Shown here piece by piece: positions 26,601 to 40,337 of a stretch of 64,000 nucleotides of DNA. Position 1 is the stretch's first letter. Each line of letters opens with the position of its first letter. The stretch is from Octopus sinensis (Eukaryota), in contig NC_043004.1 of NCBI RefSeq assembly GCF_006345805.1, positions 38,006,001 to 38,070,000 on the forward strand, read 5' to 3'. Below the pieces are notes generated by a model. It did no database searches. It was not told the origin of the DNA and saw only the letters and a list, made by a program, of their open reading frames with translations. Made by a program: the position numbers and the translations under genes.

Positions 26601-26717
26601 AATTCTTTAGATTGTTTGTGTCAATATTGACTTTCTATAGCATCGTAGTAGAATATATATATATCTATATATTATATATATATATCTATATATATTATAT
26701 ATATATATATCTATATA

Positions 26718-26772
<55 letters not shown>

Positions 26773-28639
26773 TATATATACATATATGAGCAATTGAGGT
26801 TTAAGTAGTTTATCTAGATTTACATGCGTAGTGAAAGAAGGGAAAAGTTGATTGGAGTGCACACAGGAATAAAATACGTACTTGTCGAGTACCATTCGAG
26901 CGAGATAACCCTCACACTAAGGTGCCTCGCTGCCAAACACCACCGAACAAAGCACAAGTACACCTATTGCTAGACCAGCTGCTGTCTTTTATCTTCTTTT
27001 GTATCGCAAAAATTTTGTCGACATTTTTGACGGCGAGAAACGACGCGAAGCTGTTCAGCTACTTTTCCTTCGGCAAAGAGGAAATGTATATCATGGTGTC
27101 CTCTGAAATCATTTTCTTCAATATTCAAAGCTCCACTTGGCTCTTGTACTCATCCCTACACACCGATACTGCTGGAACAGGAGCTACACTCTTTATCCGA
27201 TAACAATTGTCATCGAGTGTTCTGACACTCAGATTCTCCGGACACCTTCGATCTTCCTTGTTTCTAGCCCTTTACCTATCTATCACCGACAATGAACTTT
27301 AGATTATCTGCCTGCTAAATAATTAAGGCTTTCTGCTAGAAATACTTATGCTGTCAAACGAACCTTATTGAGCTTCAAGTCAACTGGTTGGAATGCTATC
27401 AGTTTTACACTATACGTCAGAAAACGTACTTCGTCCATCACCATCGAAGACAGCTAAGCAAGTGATCGAAATCCCCTTGCACTTTATTCATAAGCAAATC
27501 CCACAACTGTAACACGACTTTCATTCAGAAATCAAATGTTGCTATTTACTGAGAGTCATCCGGTAAATCCTTATTGTTCCGTTTGGAAGTGTTGGTCCAA
27601 TACGGTAGCTGGTTTAATACCAAAGCTTGCCCTTTAGTGTTTAGGAGCAGTACAATCTACTGATGCGGGGTCTCTATTCTGCCTTCATTTACGTAGCTTC
27701 AGAAGTATTGGCGTACACTAGCAGAAATGTATCCTACCTCCCAGGCTCTATTGGTTCTCTTTGGTTTCTTGTTAAGAATACCTCAACCAACTTTGCTCAT
27801 TGTTCCATTCTGCTTATCTTCAAATAAACTGTCACCGTAAATAGTAATCCTGTAGAAAGTCTTTCGTGTCCACTTATCATTGAAGTCCACGCTACGTCCA
27901 CTCAACAAAATCTTTCTAAACATTTTCCTCTTCACTCTAAATGTCTCACTAACGTGTACCCATATAATACCAATAAGTCAGCTGATTGTGTCAATAACCC
28001 TTGCACCATTGCAGCACTCTTAAACGGCATACTTCAAAGTTGATCTTTTCTCTCTTCAAACTTTTCATTGGTAACAAGCGACACTGTTTACCGGTCTCAT
28101 TAAAGTCAACCAGTTTTGTCTTAACTGCAACTTTCAAAATTCCAAATATGAAGGAAGCAATGGGTAACGAGCACTTACTTTGGCCTTCCTTATTACTTGC
28201 TTAGAGCCAAATCTATCGGTCACCTGCTATTCTATGTCACTCAGTGTTGTTCCTATTCTCTTAAGAGTTTTGAACAATGTGTTGGTGCTGCTGTGAAAAG
28301 AATTTCGCATAGGAATCTCCGTCTATAGTTCATCCATTATTATTGCTTAAACTGGAGGCTTTCTATCAGGCTGCACCATTGACGTTTGCGCTGAGACGGT
28401 CTGATTCACACACTGTCAACTTCAGCATTTTGGTTGTTTCCCATATGACCTTCGCTCTTACATATTAGAGATAGATTAACTCTCATCACTATTCAAATTT
28501 TCCTAACCTTTCACACATATATGCCATCCTCATGCATCCTAAACAGAACAAACCGATTCAACGAATAGAGCTCTTGAAAATATGGTTCAGTAGTATAATA
28601 AAAATATAGTTTCTTTCAACAGCAGTCAAACTCCTTGTG

Positions 28640-29000
28640 CATATCAAGAAGACAGCTAACGTACCTAATTTTATCTTGGTCAACGAGCAAGTAAAATCTT
28701 CAGAATCGTTACAAATGGGTAGCCTGGCAATCTCTGGTTACCTTTCCAGGCGAACATACATCCATAACATCGCTAAAGTTGTATCTCAAATACTATCCTT
28801 TCTCTTCAAAACTAAAACATATTTCAACATTCATAAATTGTTGATGATAAACGCGTCTAAAGTGAAACCTGCGATGAAATATGTTCTTACATCTGGAACA
28901 GTGCACCTACTACACACACATTCTAGATAACTTCAAAACAGAAGGCCAACAGTCTAACTTGCAATGGTTCACATACAAACACACTACTCTTCCTGCTCTA
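28640..29000 (+). mobile_element. Old CR1/Jockey-type LINE RT C-terminal remnant
   Basis: Translates SESLQMG..YIHNIAKVVSQILSFLFKTKTYF..LLMINASKVKPAMKY(fs)SYIWNSAP, resembling the HI..I....L..L.R..YF...LY...RP.EY.S.IW region. Confidence 0.45.
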
Positions 29001-30429
29001 CGGTCTCTTATCTTTGCATATTAGATTACTATGATAAACAGCCTTAACTCTTTTGAAAAAGCTAGTTGTGTACTACCTTTACTGATACCAATGACCTCGT
29101 CTGTTTCTCCTGTTTACGAAAGCTACGCCCTAACTGTTTATTCTTCACCAGAAGACCGATCCACAGGATTACTCTTCATACCAATGCACTTACTCCAGAT
29201 TTCAGTTTACAGATATTCATGCTGGACATAAATCACGTTTATTTCATCACCCTCCAATGTACTACAATGGTCGTATACAAAGATCTTTTTTTCCTTGTGA
29301 GAAACAAAAATCAAATATGTATCTATATTATATAAACACTGAGTTCTTTAAATATTACTGGTTTGCTCGAAGTCCATTGGTATTTAATCCTCACAAGATT
29401 CCTAAATATAAAACCGATCGCTGTCGCTTAGGACCAGGTCAGTCCTGATTCAGATGGTTCATTATGGCATGCCAGAAAGTATTCTTGTCGTTACCATTCC
29501 GATTTTGTTTTTTAAACAGTATATTTAGTTCTACAATTTAAATTATGTCCCTTTTAAAGCAGTTGGTTGTAATTTGAGGGAGATTTGGTCGTTATCGATG
29601 GTCATGCAACCACGTAATAGATGTTGGTTCCAATAATTACCTCTAAAATACCGTGGAAGAATCACTCGTCTGTTGTACAAGGTTTCGGATGAGGTAATAA
29701 TCAACGTAGTGAATCTCACATACACAGATTATTTGAAAGGAAGTTCTATTGTTGCCTTATTTTTATTTCTTTTATATCACGTTACAGAAAAAATAACGTC
29801 ATCCGTAACTGGTTTCTGACAAGCCAATCACTGGTTCACTGCATTTACGATGATTTTAATGGAGTGGCTACATTACTCGAGTGAAACAGATATCTCAAGA
29901 CACTTTCCTTTGAAAGCACCAGCTTATCTGTTTTCTCGCTTTTGTTTTGATCTTTCACCGATATACATCGCTGAAAACATTTATCACACTACAAATTTCC
30001 TCGTAGTTTCCGTCTACCGAATTTTACTAATAAATTATTGGTCAATCAGAGGCTATAGCTGAAGACTCTTGTTAAAGGATTAAGTATGATGGGATCGACC
30101 TCCAGTCAACGTGATTGAAGAGTGAACTTAAATTTACTTATGTACATAGTCATATCTTCATATTTTTCTCTGAAATAACAGCGTTGCAGAATTAAATAAT
30201 AAACTGCACAGTCAGGCCTGCACCTTTGTTATCTGAAATAACTTCATAAATAGCATTAAATATTAGTTGCTATCAACATACTAACAAAGGAAGGACATAT
30301 AGAAAAATATAATCCTAGAGCATAGGTTTACTTAATCTGGTGTTAATCTGGTGCTAAGCAAAAACAAACCTTAGGTTCAGTTTGAACAAAAAAAAAAAAA
30401 TAGAAGACGTGATAATGTATCTGAGAAAA

Positions 30430-30855
30430 AGGTGGTGAGCTGGCAGAATCGTTAGCACGCCGGGCGAAATGCTTAGCGGTATTTCGTCTGCCGCTACGTT
30501 GTGAGTTCAAATTCCGCCGAGGTCGACTTTGCTTTTCATCCTTTCGGGGTCGATTAAATAAGTACCAGTTACGCACTGGGGTCGACATAATCGACTTAAT
30601 TCCTTTGTCTGTCCTTGTTTGTCCTCTCTGTGTTTAGCCCCATGTGGGTAGTAAAGAAATAGAAATAGGTATTTCGTCTGCCGTTACGTTCTGAGTTCAA
30701 ATTCCGCCGAGGTCGATTTTGCCTTCATTCTTTTGGGGTCAATAAATTAAGTACCAGTTACGCACTGGGGTCGATGTAATCGACTTAATCCATTTGTCTG
30801 TCCTTGATTGTCCCCTCTATGTTTAGCCCCTTGTGGGCAATAAAGAAATAAGAAT
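30430..30855 (+). mobile_element. Two tandem tRNA-derived SINEs (family B)
   Basis: ggcgagctggcagaatcgttagcac..gagttcaaattcc(B-box)..ggggtcgat..taaagaaata. The second copy (30666-30855) lacks the A-box. Confidence 0.85.
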
Positions 30856-31645
30856 CGTCATCAGGCTGTACAAAATGCATAGTGGTATTACTTCCGGTTG
30901 TTTACGTTCTGAATTGCAATTTCATTAAGGCATTCTTCGCCTTTCGTCCTTTTGTGTCTCATAAAATAAAAACCAGCTGAGCACTGGAGTCTACAAAATC
31001 GTCTAGCTCTTCCCCCAAAGCTTCAGTGCTTTTGCTTATAGTACAAAGGATATTATTCTTGAGAAAAAAAGTTAGAAATGGTTGTTGTAGGTGACGCTAG
31101 ATTTGATAGAAAGTGAAATGCGCTTACCTTTGAATTCTTTAATTTTTGTTTGAAGTAGTATTCGCTCACTTTCAAGTATTCTAGAAGGCCCCTTGTAAGA
31201 TACTTTAGCGATCTTGTTAAATAAAAGTCAACAAAATGAAAAATAAAAAAAATCAAGGACCGTTTCTTTGATATTTATATATTTATTTATTTATATTATT
31301 TTTACGATATATATCTGTCATTCGTTGGGTGGTATAGAACCGCTAGAACATCAATTTGACAATGATTCAGTAGTATTTCAACTCTTTTGCACAATCAACA
31401 GTTGTTTTATTATTAAATTTACTGGTCCCAGTATTTTCATGTATTACTTATATCAAGTCAGATAAGATATAAAAAAACAACAAAAAGAAACAGAATATAA
31501 AATAAAGATTAATATATTATGTAATTGGAAACGATGTCCATGTAGATGTGCGTATGGGTGTGTTTATTCACACACATACAAATATATATATATACAAATA
31601 TTTATACCCACATGTGTATGTATATATACATATACACAAGTATAT

Positions 31646-31698
<53 letters not shown>

Positions 31699-32287
31699 CA
31701 CACATACATATGCGTGTACGTATTTATGTAAGTATGTATGCATGCGTGTATATTTGGTGTGTGTATGAATGTGTATGTGTCAACGGATGAACAGCTGGAA
31801 CGTTGGTGCGTCGGACAAAATGCATTGTGAAATTCAGTTACAAACTGCTGCGTTTAAAATCTAAGACGATTTTACCTTACCCCTGGGTGATATCGATAAA
31901 ATAAATACCAGACAAAACTAACGCAATCACTTCAACACAATTTGCTTAATCTTTCGAAAGGGTGCTCCTTCATACTTGCAGACTTTTCCTGAAGATATCT
32001 GGGTATTTCGTTAATGCTTAGACTAACTTCCACAAATTCGGCTCTCATCGAAACATTTATGTCATGATACATCATCCATAAATTGGTATATAAATAAACT
32101 GGTATATATATATATATATATATATATATGTCAGTTTATTTGTATGTTGGCCTATTCACCCAATAAGCAGGGTGGCTCATTCGAGAGCTAAAACAATGTG
32201 AAGCGCATTGTGACCAGCGATGTATAACAACATACGATAGTCTGGTCTATATCGTTACATATGCATATATATGTCTATATATATATA

Positions 32288-32331
<44 letters not shown>

Positions 32332-33351
32332 TAGTTATGTGTTTGTGCATATATTTTTGTTTTGTATATGTAAGGATTTAAAACCAGTCAACTTATTATT
32401 TGTACATGTATTTCTGTGTTTGTAATAATATTTACATGTATGAAGATTACACACACATAGGGTATATACACATCAAATAGTTACAGCGTTACAATGACAT
32501 GTTTATAAGTATATGTACCTACATACGTACATACATACACATGGGTTTCTGCCTTCGTTTCGCCATCAGATCTACGAATGACCCGTTAGTGATATCTTTG
32601 ACAACCTCTATCAGCATGTTTTGGAATTTTGCAGGCGAAGTAGAATGGTAGTTTTCAGTTGCTTACCAGAAACCTCCTGAGTTTTGCTTTAGAAGTTATA
32701 CCCAATTCTTATCGAGTCGGAAAAATAAAGAAAAAAAAACGACCCTGTACTTGTCTGGTACTTTTATTTATCAACTCCATAAGGATAAAATGCAAATTTG
32801 AGCTGGGCATGAATTGAACTATGAACACAAAGAGCCGGAACGGAAGTCACATAATATTCTATCCAACGCTCCAACGGCTGTCATTTCAGCGCTTTCGACA
32901 CTTAGAAAGATATTCACATACAAACAAGATATTAAATTAAAATTTGATTGTCAACATCAAAACAAGAATAGCTATAACATAATTTATGTCAATGAAATCG
33001 AATAGTCATGTTGATGATAGTAATGTGTTAGCGATTGTGGCGGTGGTGATTGTGGTTTTGTGTTTGCTGTCGTAGTTTGCTAACTGACGTTGATAGGTGA
33101 ACATGATGATTGCTGTTTGTACAGTGTGAAGTGGGCGTTGTTGTTTTTGCTGTTGTTCAGCTACAGATCGGCTCTGATCGAGCAAACCTACCAGGTATGG
33201 CCATCGCAACTTTTCAGTGATATATCTAGAGAAATACATTTTCTGATGTATTTCTCTGCTATATTTAGCAGGTAGAGTCTCTGCTCGGTGCTGGCATGAT
33301 CTTGCTAGTAGTAGTAGAAGTAGTAGTAGTTATAGTAGTAGTAGTAGTAGT

Positions 33352-33391
<40 letters not shown>

Positions 33392-33679
33392 TTAGTAGTA
33401 GTGGTGGTGGTGGTGATGTTGGTGGTAATTACATCTTGACGTCTGGTTTTCTTCGCGCAGACTGACAAAATATAGTCATATTACCGTTCATCCCTGGATG
33501 AGTTGTGAATAAACAGATCTATGATCAAAAGCATTTCAACCATGACCATCCCGTTTTATCTCGGACTATGATATCCAGAATAGCCATCATCTTTCAAGGC
33601 AGTCAGATAAGATTTGGAGGTGCTTTAACTACTTTTCTAGCAGGTCGAACGACCACACACACACACACACACACACACA

Positions 33680-33716
<37 letters not shown>

Positions 33717-33788
33717 ATATATATATGTGTGTGTGTGTGTACATACATACATACATACACACACACACACCAAAAACACACACACACA

Positions 33789-33852
<64 letters not shown>

Positions 33853-34456
33853 TATATAATGAAAATAAATAACAAGGATTTCAGATATCAATGCATGCGG
33901 CCGTTTCAAGCAGCTCCATTTAATTGATCAATGAAAACATTACATCAAATTGAAAGAAACCGCTCTCCTCATCAGTAGATGACCATATAGTTTAGTTCAT
34001 TCTTCCACAAATTCATTCTGCCGAAAATATAACATAAGGAAACAATGTAATTATTTTGGTTTCTAGTACTGATATAAATTTTCTAAAATCGTTTACGCTT
34101 TATGTTGGAAATCTATATGGTCATCTACTTATGAGTAGAGCGGTTTCTTTCAAATTGATGTAATATTTTCATTGATCGATTAAATGCAGCAGCTCGAAAC
34201 GGCCGTAATACATTGACATCTGGAATTGATAGCTTTGCATCCTTGTTACATTTGGTTCATCTAACTTCGAGCTGAGCGGCCTATACCAAACTGGCTAAGT
34301 GCCTCAATTAAAGTACCTAATTCAACTGAATCTTAATTATATATATATATATATATCTATATATGATATATTGATCTGTGATAGAATATGTTTGAGTTCT
34401 CTCAACATATGAAACTATTGGTAGCGCTTTAATACATGTATTGTGACCTTTAAGTG

Positions 34457-34556
<100 letters not shown>

Positions 34557-36045
34557 ATGTGTGTGTTAGGAGCTCTAGTTCAGTTCTAAAGGAGCAGAGC
34601 TATAGATGAAGACATTCAAGCTTTGATCATTCTGTCTTCCTAGGACTGAATTGTTCAATCTGTCATTTTCGAATTAAGATGCCAGTTTGAGATTTAAAGG
34701 AATATGATTGCTCGAGTGACCGCATTGAAACACTCTCCTCTCTATACTTTATTCTAAATTTTTTGGTAGTGGCCATGGTGGTGCTGGTGGTTTTTTTGTT
34801 GTAATACATGATGATGATAATGACGATGACGACGATGATGATGATATAAACTATTATGTTGATGCCTGTTTTATCGACCTTTGAAGGTCAATAAAATATG
34901 TAGATAGAGAGTTCCAAAGTGAGAATGGAATGATATTATAACTGGCTTCTTTGGCAATGGGGATGATAATGACGATAATGATGATGATGATGATCATGAG
35001 GATGATGATGATGATGAGGATGATGAGGATGAGGAGGAGATGGTAGAGGGAGGCAATGATGTGTTTAATGAAATTTATGACGATGGTTGATGATTAGCTC
35101 CAGGTCAGACCTAATTGAGCAGACCTTTGCTCAAAATCACCCCCTACATGTTTCATTTTCAAACTATTTATCAAGTTTCGCACAACCCGATGCACTATAC
35201 TTTAAAGATTCACTCAGTGGCTCTCTGTCTGTACCGATAAGTGTGGTTGATTATTTAAATACTAGTAATTTTAGTTGTTAATAATTGTGGAGTGTTGTTT
35301 AACAAATATGTATTAAGTACAGACCCAGCAACTCAGACCATTATTGTTCATAAAAGTAGATAATAATGAAGCAGAGCGATCACCATGTATTTCTCGACAA
35401 CATGTAACCACAACAAGAAATAGAAACTTGCATCGTCACCCTTTATTTAAACATTATTTAACAACACTTACTACAACTAAAAATGTACCACCGTTTACTA
35501 TTATTTACCTCAACTTACGAATTACAGCCACTTCCCAACGCTACTTGAACTTCTCCTGATCGATATACAACGACAAGTAATCTTAGTGAGTGATATGTCT
35601 TATGGCCTACTCGTAAGTGGCAAAGCAGTGTCTATGAATATTGCTGGGTTTCTGTGGATAGAAAAAAAAAAAAGGGTATGTTACAGAAGGGAGAAGCAGC
35701 GCATTAAGAGACCATATTATTTTCTGATCGCTGTCTTGGTCCCAATATTTGCAACGGCGTTAACTCCATTGCAGGTATCCAAGGGACAGACAGTGACGAG
35801 AAATCAGGTGACGGATCAGAAGTCACGCGTCCAAAGTGCTACGGAGTGAAATCTAATACGGAATCCCGTGATTGCAAAGCGAATATCTTAACAACACAGT
35901 CGTGCTTATACTCCTTTCTAGAACCCTTTACCAGTACCTACAATCTATTTATTTAATTTATATCTACAGAATATTCCTATATTTATTCGAATGCATTGTA
36001 CCTCTCTTGTAGTAAATTAATAACTAATCTTTGTTAGATACAAAA

Positions 36046-36278
36046 AGGCGGCGAGCTGGCAGAAACGTTAGCATACCGGGCGAAATTCTTAGCAGTTTTT
36101 CGTCTGTCTTTACGTTCTGAGTTCAAATTCCGCCGAGGTCAACTTTGCCTTTCATCCTTTCGGGGTCGATAAATTAAGTACCAGTTACGCACTGGGTCGA
36201 TGTAATCGACTTAATTCCTTTGTCTGTCCTTGTTTGTCCTCTATATGTTTAGCTCCTTGTGGGCAATAAAGAAATAAG
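36046..36278 (+). mobile_element. SINE family B, full length
   Basis: Same consensus as 30430-30662 and 50266-50500. Confidence 0.88.
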
Positions 36279-36513
36279 ATACAAATTGTCCGCAAATGAT
36301 TTCAATTTTATAGGATATCAGACTCAGTGCTATAAATAAGATTCGTCTTTTGCCTCGATACCGTACTATTTTGATACATACTAAAAGCATTAAAATATGA
36401 AATAAGTTCAATGTGCTCCAGAATTGTCAAAGGCATGCTTCAAGCTTTCTAAGATTGAATGAAATAAATAAAATAATGATGAATACACACGCACTGGCAC
36501 ATGATGAACAAAA

Positions 36514-36547
<34 letters not shown>

Positions 36548-36548
<1 letters not shown>

Positions 36549-36675
36549 TTTAGACAATTATGTTAACCACGAATAGTCTAGTTAACCTTGAACATTTCTA
36601 TGAAATTACCCAAGATGTTCCTAATTCTTGTTTCAAGAAAGGAAATTCTTAACGTATTTCTCAGACAATGATATG
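36548..36675 (+). repeat. 128-bp direct repeat, copy 1
   Basis: Matches 40005-40132 with one mismatch (gaatagtctag vs gaatagactag). (AAT)n on both sides. Confidence 0.95.
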
Positions 36676-36712
36676 AATAATAATAATAATAATAATAATG
36701 ATAATAATAATG

Positions 36713-36754
<42 letters not shown>

Positions 36755-36763
36755 TAATAATAA

Positions 36764-39013
36764 GACACAAAAAACCCAAAGAATTACCGGCCAATAACAT
36801 GTCTCAACACCACCTACAAAATCCTCACATCCATAATAACGGAGAGAATGTACGCTTTCCTTGAACAAAATTCTATCCTTCCACAAGCTCAAAAAGGTTG
36901 TAAAAGAAACTCTTATGGGTGCAAAGACCAATTGCTCATAAACAGAATGATTGTAGAGAATTGCCGGAGCAAAAACAAAAACCTGAGTATGGCATGGATA
37001 GACTACAGGAAAGCGTATGACAGTGTCCCACATAAATGGATACTCAAGGCCCTTGAGATATACAAGATCTCCCCTGTCGTCTCAAAATTCTTAGAGAATA
37101 GCATGACCATGTGGAACACACGTCTCTTTCTAAGCCATAGTAATGGGATGAGCCAGTCCAACAGCATCAACATCAAACGAGGCATCTTTCAAGGTGACTC
37201 CCTCTCTCCATTACTTTTTTGCATGGCACTGATCCCACTCTCAAACGAATTGGATAGTGCCAGATATGGGTACAAAGTTTTTAGCAAGTTAATAAACCAC
37301 CTTTTTTATATGGACGATCTAAAGCTGTTTGCCAAGAATGACCAAGAGCTAGAAGGGCTGCTAACAACTGTTAAAGAGTTTAGCAATGATATCGGAATGG
37401 ATTTTGGCCTTGATAAGTGTGCTAAAGCAACTTTTGTAAGAGGCAAGCTCAGGCAAACAGCTTCTGTTAAATTAGATATTGACACTACCATCAAGGAACT
37501 TGACCCACAAGAAAGCTACAAATACCTAGGAATCAACGAAGGAGATGGTATACATCATGCTACTATGAAGGAAAAAATAAGAAAGGAGTACTATAGGAGA
37601 ATAAGGCTTGTACTGAAGACTGAACTCAACTCCAGAAATTGCATTGAGGCCATTAACACCCTGGCACTTCCAGTAGTCCAGTACAGTTTTAACATCATTA
37701 ACTGGAACCTTACGGAACTCCAACGCTTGGACAGGAAGACAAGAAAGTTACTGACATCCAGGAGCATGCACCACCCTAAGGCAGATGTAGACCGCTTGTA
37801 CCTACCTAGAAGCAGCGGGGGGAGAGGAATGATGCAATTGGAGCTGTGCTATAAGACCTCTACTGTAGGAATGAACAGGTACCTATCTAGTACAAAAGAC
37901 TGGATGCTGCGACTTGTGTGTGAACACGAAAGCAGCAAAAAGCTGCATTCTATTGTCAAGGAAGCTTATAAGTTCGAAAGGGAACTAGGCATTAACCTTG
38001 AATCAGGTGAAGAGCCAGAAACCACTGCTACCAAGCAAGCAAAGCGAATCAGGCAGACTGCAAAAAAGAATGGGCAGAATCAAATTGAGAGGCGGTGGAG
38101 CCAGAAGCCCCTGCATGGACAATACATTCTCCGAAGCCAAAATGCTGATGTAGACCAAGCAACAACCCATCAGTGGCTGAAGAGTTCTGGATTGAAAGCA
38201 GAGACTGAAGGCTTCATAATGGCAGCACAAGATCAAAGCTTGTTTACTAGAAATTACCAGGCTAACGTTCTCCGAAACGGTACTGACCCTAAATGCAGAT
38301 TCTGTGACACATTTGACGAAACAATAGACCATCTCGTTTCGGGATGTCCTGTGCTGACACCAAACGAATACAAAAATCGCCACGATAGGGTAGGATAGTA
38401 TATACATTGGAAGATATGTAAACACTACAAATCCGACACTCCTGCTAACTGGTATGAACACCATCCTCAGCCAGTTGTTGAAGGTAAAGATGTCACCATC
38501 CTCTGGGATTTTCCAGTCAACACTGACAGAACGATCAAGGCTAATCGACCAGACATAATTATTAAAGACAGGGAAGAAAATACCTGCAGACTAATAGAAG
38601 TAAGCGTCCCCACTGATAAAAATGTATCTGTCAAGGAATTTGACAAACTTAGTAAATATAAGGACCTGGAAATCGAAATACAGAGGATGTGGAATCTTAA
38701 AACAAAAACTGTTCCTGTTATTGTAGGTGCCCTAGGTATGATAAAAAAGGGATGTCAGAAACACCTAGACAATATCCCTGGAAAACCATGTCTCAAGGAA
38801 ATCCAAAAGATTGTGCTAACAAGTACTGCCCACATCCTTAGAAAAACCCTATCAATGTAAATGTTTGTGTTTGTATTACATGGAGATATTTCTCTACTTC
38901 CCCTCCCCAAGCTTTCAGCTATATTTCAACAACTCTTAATCTTCACTTGCCCTAGGGCGCTGGGTGTGCCCCGGCAGGTGATTGCATCAAAATGCAGATT
39001 AAAAGTAAATGAC
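36764..39013 (+). mobile_element. 5'-truncated R4/Dong-clade non-LTR retrotransposon (RT + CCHC + restriction-like endonuclease) inserted in (TAA)n
   Basis: One frame runs from 36764 (DTKNPKNYRPITCLNTTYK) through AWIDYRKAYDSV, GIFQGDSLSPLLF, HLFYMDDLKL, C-x2-C-x8-H-x4-C (CRFC..H..C), ILWDF and RPD...IEVSVP to a stop at 38858-38860, with one in-frame TAG at 38396-38398. A 150-nt 3' UTR is followed by (AAT)n, and (AAT)n also precedes the element. Confidence 0.92.
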
Positions 39014-39032
39014 AATAATAATAATAATAATA

Positions 39033-39068
<36 letters not shown>

Positions 39069-39169
39069 TAATAATAAATAAAGATGTTAAATGCTTTGGT
39101 GCGTGGCGCTTAGCCCACCCTGTACTACCATGGCGATGAAAACGACTACGACGATGATGACAACAACGG

Positions 39170-39206
<37 letters not shown>

Positions 39207-39823
39207 ACTAATGAGGATAATGATTGTGATGATAACGATAGTATAATGATAACAATGATGATACTGCCGCTGCCACTGCCGCCTCTGATGGCGCAAAGAT
39301 GATGATGATGATGATGAAGATAATTTAGAGAAGTAGGGGAATAATACTTTTTAAACTTGTTAACAGTAGCTGTACAATAGCGCAAGATGATGAGAAAAAA
39401 AAATGGAGTAAATGTTCTAATGGACGATAGCTATGGTGTTGTGACAGCGATGCAGTTTTGCTCTTCTTGATGATGGTTCTTTTCGCACAGTATTTTGTTT
39501 TCAAATCGACGATAGCTGTTTGTGTTTTGTAAATGGCGGTAATTTTGGTGTTTTATTATTATTATTTTTTGGCTAATGTAGCTTTGATAGTAATGGTAAC
39601 GGTGGTGGTGGTACTGTTAGTGTGGATTTGGGTTGTGTTTTTGGTGGAGGTGATTTTATCAAACATGAATTCGAATCTCAGTTCGAAAATACAACAGTGT
39701 GGTCATTGAAATATTCAAGAATGATATCATAGTGTTGGTGTGTTGGGGCTTGTTGGGGGATGAGGGCTAACATTATTATTACTATTATCATCATTATTAC
39801 TATCGTTATTATTATTATTATTA

Positions 39824-39857
<34 letters not shown>

Positions 39858-39927
39858 GTTATTATTATTATTATTATTATTATGGATGGAACGGTTCAAG
39901 TTATGATTGTACAGTTTTCGGTTATTG

Positions 39928-40281
<354 letters not shown>

Positions 40282-40337
40282 TAATAATAATATCTGATGA
40301 TAAGAATAATTAGATGGGGTTTAATTATATAAGAGAG

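Noticed and set aside
27300-28560. Possible ancient LINE RT remnants on the minus strand (VSETFRVK.., LVDFN..)
   Set aside because: Only scattered 3-4-residue matches; needs an HMM search.
30430-30530. tRNA-like A/B-box sequences as tRNA genes
   Set aside because: They continue into SINE bodies and recur in many diverged copies; no full cloverleaf.
31989-32063. CTGAAGA ... GAAA-CAT-tt-ATG-TC hammerhead-like motif
   Set aside because: Stems I and II do not pair convincingly.
35586-35849. 87-aa ORF in relatively GC-balanced unique sequence downstream of Blimp-1
   Set aside because: No homology recognisable by eye and no supported exon boundaries.
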